A stretch of 63,843 bases of DNA, counting the filler. It is 17 parts of 17 records of this genome, joined end to end, with 100 filler letters (N's around TTAATTAATTAA, not from the genome) between each part and the next. Parts side by side here need not be neighbours in the genome. Positions count along the whole stretch, not along the records: positions 49,276 to 58,400 come from SRR9188676_2758; positions 58,501 to 60,846 come from SRR9188676_2759; positions 60,947 to 63,843 come from SRR9188676_2769; 14 more parts are not named here. One strand, 5' to 3'. The notes below the pieces were generated by a model. That model worked only from the letters and a program-made list of their open reading frames with translations. It was not told the origin of the DNA and did not search any database. Below, one piece after another: positions 49,276 to 61,484 of the stretch. How positions within the stretch are numbered: the stretch's first letter is position 1; the number at the start of each line of letters is the position of its first letter. The translations under genes were made by a program, and so were the position numbers.

Positions 49276-52200
49276 CTCCTGATCGCTTTGAAAGCTGTCC
49301 ATGGAGACATGTGGAAGATCATACATTGGCTCGGCTTCGAATTCGTAGTTCTCACCAGACAGATGAAGATCCCAGGGCTCGATCAGTGGTTCCCAGGCTG
49401 AGTAGTTGATATTATAGATCTGAAAGACAGTGAGACAAACCACAAGCCACACAAAAATCGAGAAGTAACAAGGTTAGCAACAGCCCCGCGGTGAATGAAA
49501 GCATATCGAATGTCGAAAAAAAATAAATCATTTCGAATAATATTCCTAAAGTTCATCCCTTTCCTTCAGACAGGATCAACAGCCACGATATGATTTTGAT
49601 ATGTCTTCGGGAAGGAAGGGATTACTAATGTTTATCACGAGAGGATGTACTTACTTGCGCAGAGAGCTCCACTGTTCCCGACAGCTTCATATCTCGGCTC
49701 CAATTCGACAAGGACACATTACAGCTTGGAACACCCACCAACAGGAGCGGGAGTGAATTCTCTTTGGAATCTTGGATCGCAACCAGAAGAATTTGATTGA
49801 TATTCAGCTGGAGATGCTCCTCAGTACGAAGCTTTGGTTGTTGCTGATCTACAATAGATATATAAATATAACATTGAAGTCAGTGAGAATGTGAGAACAA
49901 GAAAATCGAGGGACGATTATGAGTGAGACAATCCGGTCCTCGGCCTAATGCCCACTTTTCGTTCTATTTACGATCTTTAGAAACAGGCCTAGAAATTCGA
50001 ATTATTTCTCCCTTCCTGTCGTAGAATATTCTCGACCTGCGGAAGTGATCTCTCGGATGGATGGTATCTGTTGGAAAGAGGATGCATACCTTGACCCTCA
50101 GTGGATGTGCTTCCTACAATGTCAGTGGAAGTGCTACCGAGTGCTGGCCCGGATTGTGCTGGAGGAGGAGGTGGTGATGGTGCTTTGGTCTGTTGGGTAT
50201 CCGCAGGAGTTTGGGAGGGTGCTGATGAAATCGCCTGACTCACGCTGTTGGCAGCCATCAGGGCCAAACGAATATCGCGGAAGCGAATCCGGCCTTGGAT
50301 TGCCGTGATCGTCACATCCACGTTAGTGTGCAGTGTGTTGATATGCTGAATGGTAGTGAGTCTTGCGTTGATATCAAAGGGAGTCACGATGCCGCGAGAT
50401 GATTGCAGAGACAGCGGCTTCGCAGAGGATGTCACTTGTGCAACTGAGGCCTCGAATCCAAGCACAGCTGCAACGAGAGAACTGTCATTCGACACGTTGC
50501 TCTGTGCATAATTGACCTCAATCTTCGCTACAGTGAGGTGGAACGCTCGGGTCTCGGATTTGGATTCATCCACAACATAGAATATCTTGGGCGAGATCAT
50601 GAAAAGGCTGCAGTTGAAGCGAGTGGCATTGAGCTGCTGTGCCATGTTAATGTTGATAGGAGGTGGAGGAGCCGGGCCTGACGGTACATATGTGAATGTG
50701 TTCATCACTAGGTTCAGTATGGTGTTGATCGACTGGGATTCAAGAACAATCGAAGGATTCCGGAGCATAATCTGCGAAGAAGAAATAGAAACGCGAAAAT
50801 AGACATGAGTATCAAGCAATTCTAAAAAGTGGAGTGTATTTGCATAAGAAATAGAGACAAGTGGTGGTGGAGAGAGTTCAAATAAAGAATGGACTTTGCA
50901 TGAATTAGGATAAAAGAAGAAAAAACAAAATACAAAAATATTATTGCCCTCACCAAAACTATCAGCACCCGATGACCAATCAAGCATACCTCAATATCTT
51001 GGCCAACAATCGGATCTTGTAGATAGAGGACCTCGAGCTGGGCTTCTGCTGCTGCTTTGTCACTATGCGGGCTCAGTAAGTGCTGATACTTGGACTTCAC
51101 ACCTCTTTTCGTGTGGATCACATCAACAGAAGCCATTTGGAAAGCAGCTCGGAGCACGCCAGGGGTGGAGTTATGAGAGTGGTCTTCCACATGAAGTTGG
51201 AGGTCCAAGAGCTCCAGGATGATCAGTGAGCTACTGTGTGGCTCATCAAGCGCAACTGTTTCTCTCTTGCGATCTTTGGAAGGGAAATTATTCGCGCCAT
51301 TCCCATCCCCTTGAAGAATTTCAAGCTCAAGCCCTTCAAAGACAAAGTCAATGGCCATTGCCAGCTGATAGTTGCGACCTTCTTCCTCACTCACCACAGA
51401 CTCAATGACCTCTGAAAGTTCACTCGCGCTTTCATCCGAATCCTCTTCTAGTTTGGGTTTCCCGGCTTCTTTCTGTTGGAGAGAAGGCTGCTGTTGCTGC
51501 TCACCAGGCGGGAAATTGATGAGATTGTCCATAATTACATCCAAGAGAGCCTTATACTGATCCTCAGAGAGCAAGATGTCCACTGGGCGCAAGTGTCCAT
51601 TGATGGCTAGGAGTGGAATCTGAATCGCAGAGGTATCACCTACCATTTCCACAGACACCTTGAGGTTGATGCTATCAATGATGCGCCTTGGATCGCTCTT
51701 GTCTTGAAGTCCCCATCGGGCAATGGCTGGAATGTTGCTGGGTTTCGCATCACGGGTGGTCTCAGAGGTCATATTCTCGAGGACTTCAAAGGATGATATG
51801 ATTCCAGATAGCAGACGCATTTCCTCCAGCTGGGCATTAATGCGATCAATGAAAACTTCTTTCTTTGCAGTATTATCGTAAGTGTGTACTGCATAAGACA
51901 GAGAAACGTGAGAAAAAGAAGGTGACTGATAGATCTGAAAAGCGTACATCGCTCGGTTTGCACTGTCGTATGGCCCAGATCGATCATCAAAAGATGCTTC
52001 GAGGTGAGGTTTTTCGGAAGGATAACAATAGGGTTATCGATATCGATGAAAAATTCGAGACCGCCAAGGCCACCTGCCTTCACGAGTGGCTGTGATGCTC
52101 GTCTACAAAAACACAAAATGGAAGAAATGAAATTGATATCGAAGAAAGAAAAAAGAAGAGTGGCAACTTCACTTACGATTGAGACCCCGTTTGGGATTCC

Positions 52201-55200
52201 GTTTCAGCAGGCGCAGCTGCAACACATCCTTGAAGTTTGAAAACATAGTTCAATAAGCGCATGAGGAAGCGCGTGGTATACACATATCTATGGGGTTTCG
52301 AAGGAGGCATGTGTGATTAGGAAAGCGAGGAAAGGAAGGGAAATGGGAGGCCGCAGTGTCGCGGGATACAACTTACCGAATGGATGCGAGCTTCATATAC
52401 AAGAAACAATTGGTTGCTTCCTCATTCTCTCGACTCATCTGGAGTTTATCTGGAAAATCCAAAAAGTGTGTACTTCTTAGTCGATGGATAATAAAAGCAT
52501 GCATGTACTCGCAGAGGCAATTCTCGAACATACCTTTGTAATGTCCAATTCTTTCATTCGAGGTACAGAATGTAACCTTCAAAGTGCGATGTCCATAGAC
52601 GTCCAATACGCGTGATAACTCGGATCCTTCTTTCGCCTCGGTATCTTGCATTGAAAGCGCGCCAAAGGACAGTTTTGCAGTGATAGAATCCTGGGTCATC
52701 ACCCCACTGAACGTAGTTTCGCTTAGCTTGCATCGAGCAATGGGGCCTGCTGACTCCACCAGCACGAGTTCTACTCTTGCCAGCTGAACGGAGACCTAAT
52801 TTTGTCGAGTAAGCATTTAACAGTCGACAAGAGGGAACATTCGGAAGAACAGGACCGTTACCTGAAGGGAGCTCGAGGATTGCGCTTGTCTTTCTTTGAG
52901 AGTATCCATGTAGCTTTGCTCAAGCTGCTCAGGCTGTTCGAGCTCTGGAAATAATATGACGAAGACCTCAGTAAGAATGAGATTTCAATACATACAATGA
53001 CTGTTAACAACAGGTAAATATGGCAAAGAAGGTTCCTCGGTCTAGGACCATCACTGTCGGCCACTCGAAGGCATATCACTAGACAGAGGAGCCCATTGCC
53101 ATATTTACTTAGGTTTGCTATCGCGTGATCCTTTAGTGAAAAGTGCAAAAATTTATGAATTATTTGTTAACTTACGAGGATGATGAGGGGGAGGTTGCTG
53201 CTTGGATATGCGGCCAAAAGTTTCCATACTCTTTCCGGGGAAAGTGAGGAGCTCGCACAGTGTGTCTTGGAAAGCAGTGAGGAATAAAGGACCCACACGA
53301 GCAGAGATGACTTGATTGAACCCAGAATAGCGTGGTGAGCTCTCTTGCGTGAGAAGGAGGCTCACTTGGATCCAATCGTCATTCTGCTGATAAACTTGGA
53401 GGGGATAATGGAGCGATTCATCTTTCTGGGTATGATCCTGGTGGAAAGCGGCGAGATAATGTTAGAGAGAAAAAGTAAATACAGTTTTTATAGCGAAACA
53501 GCAGCTGACAAACCTCGATAGAGAAATCTCGGAGGGTTAAATCCACTTCAGTGTCGCCTTGATCAGTCAATTTCATTGTTGCCTTGATGTCCATGATGCT
53601 GGCTGTGGCTAAGGGTTTCTCATTTCTCTGCTTGTCCAGAGTATGAAGGTTCACGCGAATGGTGGGTATCACAAAGCGCAGTTCGACGCTCATGTTCTGG
53701 TCTTCATTCACATGAACCTCCTCTGCAACAAATGAAAAGAATATTAACAGTCGGTGAGGAAACCACTGGCAAGGGTTTTCACTAGACCGAGGATAGACCG
53801 AGGATCTCCTTGTCATAATGACCTGTGCTGTTGCAGTTTTAATATTGCCACTATTGCCGAATGAAATGCACACACAAAAAGAAAAATCAAGCGAACGTAC
53901 GAGGATGAGGTGCTTCTGGGGCAGGAGAGAATAAGTCCACATAATCATGGCCGGGATAAGGTGTGGCGATTTCTTCATCTTCATGCTGCTCTTGGGGCGG
54001 GCGCTTTTCTTGTCGTTGCTGCTGTGGCTGGCCACCAGACGGCGAAGCGGTCTCAGAAGGAGTCAGCACGGACGACAAGTCCATCAAAACGGCATAAGAA
54101 TACGAATTAATGTGGAAATCGAGCAGTGGAAGATTCCCATAAAGCCAGATGTTGGCTACTCCAGCAGTCACACCAGATTTTCGGAGTCCGAGTGCTAGTT
54201 GGAGATCAAAGGGAGGGAGGAGCGCACTTTCATCATTCATTTTCTCTTGCCGGATTTGATAGGCAGCAATGGTAGTGAAAAACATGTTGGTGTTTGATAG
54301 TGCAATCGAGTACCGATCAAAAAATCGCTCTTTGCCTTCGAATGCAGTGGACTGATCAGGGGGTTGCGTGCTAATATCAGTGGATTCTTGCTGAGCCTTG
54401 GAGTCTCCAGTTGAGACTGTGAAAAACCCAAGATCGATCACAAGCATATCGCTTTCAGATGAGGTTACATCCACAGGCAGTAAGAGAGTTGGAGCATAGA
54501 CACGGCAATTCAGAATCAGTGAAGGTGGATCTCGGACATTGGCACGTAAGGTGGCGATGGTGTTTCCTTGGATGGTAGTGATTCCCTTCTGAGCTTCAGA
54601 TTTTACTTGGTCTAGGAACTCTTGTTCTTCTGTGGTACTCAGAAATCCGATCAAGTTTTCGATGCACTCTTTGCTGTACACTACTTCTAACTGATCCGTA
54701 TCCAGATCGATACGATAGTCTGCTTGACTGTTTAGAGGAGCTTGCTCAAGTCGAAAAGTGATAAGAGACTTGGCTGATTCCTTTGGACTTCGAGATCCAA
54801 CGACTACAGGGAATTCTGTGTCCAATGTGATTCTATCTTTTGCATTTAATGACTTAATCTCTACTTCAACAAGAGTGGACTGCGGTCTCATGGAGAGGAT
54901 GCTTGTAATATCTTTGAGCTTGCTTGTGATAATAGGCTTGGAATTCCGGGTAAGAGTCAAGGAGACATTGTTCAAATGGAAATCACATTTGGCTTTGATG
55001 TAATCAGGTGGCAAGCCATCAAATGATGCACCAGACCAGCTAACATCTTCATCAAAGAGCTGATTCATAGCTTCCTCATCACGTTTCACCATCTCATCAA
55101 GAGAGGCTTCCGCAGGTTGGTTAGTTTGATGCCACACTAATGACCAAGCCCATCCTAACCAAGTCCCACGAGCTCGCTCGGCTTTCATGCGCTTCAGTTC

Positions 55201-56962
55201 CTCATCTTCATGGAGCTGACGATCGGCCATAGATCGGAAGAACATCACATCTTGCACACTAAGTCGCTTTTCAAGTTGATCAAGTCGAGGGCTGTGCAAA
55301 GGACCACTCTCTTTGCCTTGCATGAAGCTCGATTTGAACAATCGCTTGTATTCCGCAATGTACGCAAGCCTCATCTGGCGCCGCATGCCGATAGGATCCC
55401 ATCGTAGCTTCTGATTGTTGCGAGCCACTTCGCTGAGTACAATGTTGCTTGCCCATTTCCAGCGCTCGCGTGCATTTGTACCAGATGGAATGCGCACAGA
55501 ATGCTCCTGTACAGTCATACCAGGAGGAAGTGCAGCGGAGAAACGCGAAGCAGTTTGGATCAAGGATGCGTACTGGTCATCATCGAGAGCAAGATGAATC
55601 TCTTCCAATGCACAGTTCGCAGTAACGATGGGAGCACCACCAGCCTGAGGAAAGTCTTTGTTGATTGTGGCTTTCAAGGACCCAGAGACCGGATGGAGAA
55701 TGTACTCTTCCTGCTTGGTGTGACGCGAGTAAAGGTGAAGATTACGAAGCTGCACCAGCTTGCGAATGATGGAATGGCTTTCTGCAAGAAATTGAACCTC
55801 CCATTTCTCGTTTGTGGAATGAATGGTCAAGGCTTCAAGGCGCACACCGATCTCCGTCTTCAGGTCGGGCTCTTCATAGGCAAAATGGATATCGCGGATC
55901 TGGAAAAGAGGAAGATATTCGATCGGTTTGAAATCAGGGAATTTCATTCGCGAATATTCTAATTTCGACCTCGTTTGACTTGATCAATTGTGGGAAGAAG
56001 AAGGAAAGAAAAACCTTGTCATCTGCTAAACAACGGCTCGATCAAAAGTTATAGGGGAGGGAAATCTGGGTCGTTTGAAACGGTAAGGTCCCTAATATGA
56101 AAGGGGGGTATTAAGCGGCGTTCATTTCGGTTCAAACATACAACAAAATTTCTACAACTAAAGCGAGTCTCAATATCAATACATTTGAATCATTGGTTTT
56201 ATGAAACATATCAGAAGACATATATATTTCCCGTGTGTTCGGAACCAGGAAAGATCGACGAACAGTGTTGCTCACTGAAGGCCTACTGAAGGGACCTTTC
56301 TAGAAAGGACAGAGAGCACATACCTCAATCTGAAGATTATCAACAATTCTCGTGATAAAACGTGTCTGCGCTCCCTCGCCCTCCTGATCCTTGCGCATGG
56401 CTAAATCGCGCTGCTGGATTCGCTTGGCCTCGGCCATCTCCAAATGAGCACGCTTGATCTTCCATTCAGTGTCTCGACTCGCTGTTTTCGGCTCAAACTA
56501 GAAGGAAGGAGAAAATGAAGCATAAGGAATTCTGACGACAGGCTCGTAAAATTCGAAGACTCACATGTCGTCGGCCGGCCACGAAATGTAGCCCCTCAAT
56601 TGTAATGCGACATGGCTCTCCTTTGAGATTGGACCAAGGAATCTGAGATGTACATGAGAAGTGTGTTCGAATTTCACAAGCACTTATGTTCATCATCCCG
56701 TACATTCATCTCTAGCTTTTTCAAAGTGCCAGATTTCACCTCAATCGGCAAGTTAAGGAAGTCCAATGCATCTTCACGAATTTCCAGGTCATATAGATTC
56801 ACCTAAAATGATTTCATGATTAAGAACCGAAAACAACTGGAGCGAGATTTCTCGCACCTTTCCACTCCAGACGGAGACCTTTAATTGATCTGTCTGGAGT
56901 CCCTTGACGAATGCGCCAAGCTGGGACGCTAATACTTCTGATATGATACTTTCAAATACCAT
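49276..56962 (-). CDS. VPS13: VPS13-family lipid transfer protein, N-terminal half
   Basis: Chorein-N motifs MVFESIISEVLASQLGAFVKGL..LKVSVWSG, LDFLNLPIEVKSG, IPWSNLKGEPCRITIEGL and IVDNLQIEIRDIH. Also APTLLLP..LVIDLG, NPIVILP..IDLG and YSAWEPLIEPW. Confidence 0.95.
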
Positions 56963-57162
56963 TTTGTTGCATGATTCTCAATGCTGACAGTCTTTTCGAA
57001 TCGTTTTTGTGAAAAGAAGTCTGATGTCACATCACCCATTTTCATAAGAGTAAGTAAAGTTCGCGGGGTTTCTCTTTTTTACTTTCCCTTGTGGACGAAT
57101 CCGTCACGTCGTCGCACCTCTGATTCTTCTTTTCCCTTTCGCCTTTCTGAACCGGTGAAGAA

Positions 57163-58270
57163 ATGGGCAAAAAGGTTGGGAAAAGGACCAAAAAGTTCCA
57201 ACAGAAATATCTCAAGGACAGTATTGAGAAAAGGAAGGTTGGGAAGAAAATCAAGGAGCAGAAAGCAAAGCAGGAATTGCGACGAGAGAAGAGACGTCAA
57301 GATGATGCAACTCAAGAATTGAATGAACAGCAGACAATTCTAGATACTCGCAAGAAGGAAACTGAAGAGAAAGAGAAAGCCAAGAAGTCTTTGGAAACTC
57401 TGTCTACGGAAGAATTCTTTGACTATTTCGATGAAGCTGGTTCTGATGCCGAAAATCAAGCAGATTCCGATAACGATGAAGGTTCGGATGATGCTGCTGA
57501 TGTTAGTGATGATATGGACGATGATGATTTGGGTGATGATCTGGGCCGTCATAAGGCCGAACTTGAAAGCTTGAAGGAGAAAGATCCCGAATTCTACAAG
57601 TACCTCCAGGAAGAAAGTCCAGGGCTTCTGGACTTCGAGACTGGTGTTGATGATGACGAAGATGATGACGATGATAATGATGAGATTGATGCGGATGCAT
57701 TGGAAGATGCTGATGAGGATGATGACGAGAATGATGGTGACAAGAAGAAGGGTGACAAGCCAAAGGCCAAGGACAATGTGAAAGTGAAGCATGGTATGAT
57801 TCTCACTTTGGAGACTCTTGACAGCTGGGAGCAGTCTGCCCTGGAGCACCATTCTATCAAAGCCTTGCGTCATCTTGTGCAGGCTTTCCGCTCTGTTTGC
57901 CATCTTACGGATGGTTCTGCTGCTGCTAAGCGCAAGGTACACTTCATGATGTCATTCTTAATAATTTGCTGTTTCTGCATTCTATTGGTCATTTGATCGT
58001 TATTCTTGATTAACCTCGAAAAACCAACCCTTCACAATTACATATCACTTTAGATGTTTCAGAATCATATCCACGAGCTTTAACTTAAAAAAAATAACAA
58101 GTATTCTTTTATCGATTTCTTCTTCTTATTTTTCCATTGATTTCTTTGATTTGTTTTGAACACCAACTGTCCACCTTTTTCGCTCCTGTAGGACAAGCTT
58201 GAGAAGAAGAAGAGGAAGAAGCGTAGGAGAGGCGAAGATGATGACGGCTTGGCTGCTTCTGACTCAGATG
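57163..58270 (+). CDS. NOC2: Nucleolar complex protein 2 (3' truncated)
   Basis: MGKKVGKRTKKFQQKYLKDSIEKR, acidic tracts, HKAELESLKEKDPEFYKYLQEE..LLDF and LRHLVQAFRS. Confidence 0.93.
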
Positions 58271-58759
58271 GTAAGTGAACATGCGCCCAAGAGTTTACGA
58301 ATAAGCATTCATCGTCTGGATAATAAGAAAGAAATCCATTTTGGCTAGGGACTGGAGAATTTTTACATCAAATAGACCTTTTGCAAACTGGGGAAAAAAA
58401 NNNNNNNNNNNNNNNNNNNNNNNNNNNNNNNNNNNNNNNNNNNNTTAATTAATTAANNNNNNNNNNNNNNNNNNNNNNNNNNNNNNNNNNNNNNNNNNNN
58501 TCGCATCAAAAACACCTTTAAATTGCATAGGTATATGCCATCTTTCGGATTGCGGTTATCCCAAAACTTCCATGCAAAATGCATGCGGATTAGATGGAGG
58601 ATTTGATGTCCCATTTCATGAAGCAGTTTACAGAACATCATGAACATGTGTGGTGATCATTTTCTCGCTGTAATGCCTCCATTGACCACTACAAAGGTGG
58701 ATATGAGTTTCTTAAGGTGATAGGAACATACAAGACGTACGTCTACATTCAGATAGATC

Positions 58760-60600
58760 GATGATGAATCTTCCACATAAGAGGCAAAGTCGGTGACGAG
58801 AAAGCCGATCTCCACTCGAGAGACCACAGAGACTTCAGGAATGAAGATCGGAGCTGCACTCTATCTCCATCAGAAAGAGCAACAGTTTGACAACATGCTT
58901 GAAACTCAATCAAAATCTTTTCGAAGATTGCATGCAAAGTTTGAGGGGAATCCAAGCAGCATCTCACTGTGGCTTAAGGACTCGCGACAGAAAAATGATT
59001 GCATCCTCACTCAAAACAGGAGAGTATATTGGCAAATCACTTGAAATTGTTCAATCTGAATCATTCGAGGAATTCTGTTTCACCCAGCGACTGACGTGAA
59101 GTGGTGGTCTGTGACAGCCGGTTTGTATCTGAATATTTCGGCATAAATCGAGCCCGCCAGTGCCATATCAGTTCATTCTCCATTGGATCAGACCCGAATC
59201 ACCGCAGAACTCGTTCAAAGATGAAAATCGTGGTTCCCCGCCTTTTGGCTTATTTACTTGTATTCAGCACCTTTGAATTCCCTGCAATAAAATGGAATTT
59301 GAGGATCAAAAGATCCATCAACTTGTTAAAATAGAGTATATGCTCACAGCCGCTTCATAAGAGGATTTTCTACCGACGGTTGCGAAATGATAATATCATC
59401 CTCGACTTTTGTTAGACCTATCCGGTTGGTTAATAATACCACGATATCTTATCACGAAGACACTAGCGGACCGTTTGAAGGTTTTAGGGCTTCGATGTAC
59501 GAAATGCCAGGATTCTGGAAATCATCGATGACCTACTTTAGACTAAGGACAACAATCCATATGATGTCAATGCCCTTTTCTGGATCGTCGAAAAGACGCT
59601 ATGTAAATGAGCATTCGGAGAGAGGTAATTCAAGGACTCTTTCACGAGTATCGCCTGGAAATCCAGTTGGCAGATTTCTCTTTCAAGCAAGCTCGATAGC
59701 TCGTGAAATGAACATGGAGCGAGAAGGCATTCTTGAAATATTGATATCAGGTCGGGAAGAAGTGGCAATGCGAAGCAAGAGTCGCAAACTTTCCAGCAAA
59801 GTTGGAAGTTTATGCGCGATTAAGAGTCTTTTCAAGTCGTCTACTTCTCGATCATTTCAGAGTCCGACCCGTTGAACTTTATTTCCTCCCATTATCTCTG
59901 GGCTATCCATGATGTTGCTCTGTTACATGTGGTAGAAATTCATTTCGTCTCAGCTGAAGCGAATATGTCTGGTATAGCAGATTCTGCATGCGATGTTAGT
60001 TGAGCACGAGAGAATTCGAGGAACCCTGAGGTAAATCTTGAAGGAATATGTCATCACAATCCCCGAAGTGGCCGAAAAACGCGCAGGGGAATGACATCGT
60101 TGTACGGATACACACACGGAAGAATTCGAGGTGGAGCGTGTAGGGAGTGGTAAATTAGTAAAGAGCGGCACTGGAGTGGGGCGCTAAACAGGGCAAGCCA
60201 TGTGAATGTGGAGCTGTGAGCCTGATACGCGAAAAGAGATCACGAAAATCATCGGGTGATCCGTCCTCCAATGTTGATGTGACGGCAAATGAATGATCCA
60301 TAGAAAGTGTTTCCAAGAGAAGCAAAATCCACTTTTGCGTTTGTACACCCCATTGTTGGCCACAGAAAATTGGAGAAAGAATTCTCCTTGTTCACGCAGA
60401 CAAAGGGAATTGTATGTGTGGCAGTCACCGAAGGGGTGAAGAACTGCCGTCAAAGACATCAAATGAACGCGGTTCGGTTGAAATGGCGTCCGGGGGACTT
60501 CGCAAATCGCACTAATCTCCTTTCCAACTCTTCGTAGGAATGAAAAATATTCACATCACCTGTAAGGCCAGCAAGTGCCATCGCACACGAACGGATCCCG
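58760..60600 (-). pseudogene. Degenerate coding-like sequence of unknown origin
   Basis: A minus-strand frame reads protein-like (DREVDDLKRLLIAHKLPTLLESLRLLLRIA..RERVLELPLSE..LFDDPEKGIDIIWIVV) but has many in-frame stops and no clear introns. Confidence 0.35.
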
Positions 60601-61484
60601 AACTGAAGGAACTAATTTAAGCGAGAGCGAACACAACCCATTGTAGGCTCCTCGAGCTACTAGGCAAGTCTCTGCCCATCTCTGCTCAACCAAAAAGCCC
60701 ATCTAGTTTCTGCGACTCTCAGGATAAAGTAGCCTGGAACATCGTCCTCTCATAAATCCCCTCCAGGTTCACACAGAAAAAGGTCAGAACTTACCTCCAA
60801 TTCCCTCCCCAAATTACCTCCATCAAATTCCAGCTAAATTCCAGCCNNNNNNNNNNNNNNNNNNNNNNNNNNNNNNNNNNNNNNNNNNNNTTAATTAATT
60901 AANNNNNNNNNNNNNNNNNNNNNNNNNNNNNNNNNNNNNNNNNNNNAACTATCCCAACAATTAAGTGAGAGCAGAGGGTTCGAGAATAGTGGAGGGGGTC
61001 ATAAGAGAAATTAATAAGGATAAAAAGCAGAAAACAGGTTATCTCCATCTATAGTAAAGCCATAATGTGGTATAAGATATGCGATATGCCCCCAATCCGA
61101 AAAGAAAATAGCAGTTCAAGAGGGCTTGAAGGGGCGAATCGCGGGTCTTGTGATTGATTGGGTCTCAGACTATGTCAGAGAGAGTGTGTGTTTGCCAGGT
61201 GAGTCTGTGGGTTGGATGTATGCGTTCGATGCAAAGTGGGTGAATCGGCTTATTTGTAAACTACATGCATATGATAAGGGAGCGATCCCACATGTGATAT
61301 AAGTGGAACATTTCGAAGATAACTCGATGAAGTGTATTGGGTGTAATGGCACACCCCTTCTTCGGGCTTTTTTTACAACTTACAATTTTCAGGTGTTCAA
61401 ATATTCCTTGTCTTCTTCATTTACTCATCGAATGACCCTCATTTTCAAGATGACTACCTATTTGGAAATGTTGCTCTGCTTTAC

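Noticed and set aside
8054..57942. Numerous antisense and alternate-frame ORFs in the track (e.g. 8366-8797 +, 29726-31156 +, 57340-57942 -)
   Set aside because: They are shadows of low-complexity or codon-biased exons on the opposite strand and carry no independent motifs.
58501..60846. Alternative genetic code or selenocysteine readthrough
   Set aside because: Conserved genes in the window end with TAA or TGA and have no in-frame stops. The degenerate region contains all three stop types.
5272..60946. Regularly recurring N-TTAATTAATTAA-N blocks as a biological repeat or piggyBac TTAA sites
   Set aside because: They are identical 100-nt linkers with stops in all six frames, which marks a concatenation artefact. 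Gene adjacency across them is meaningless.
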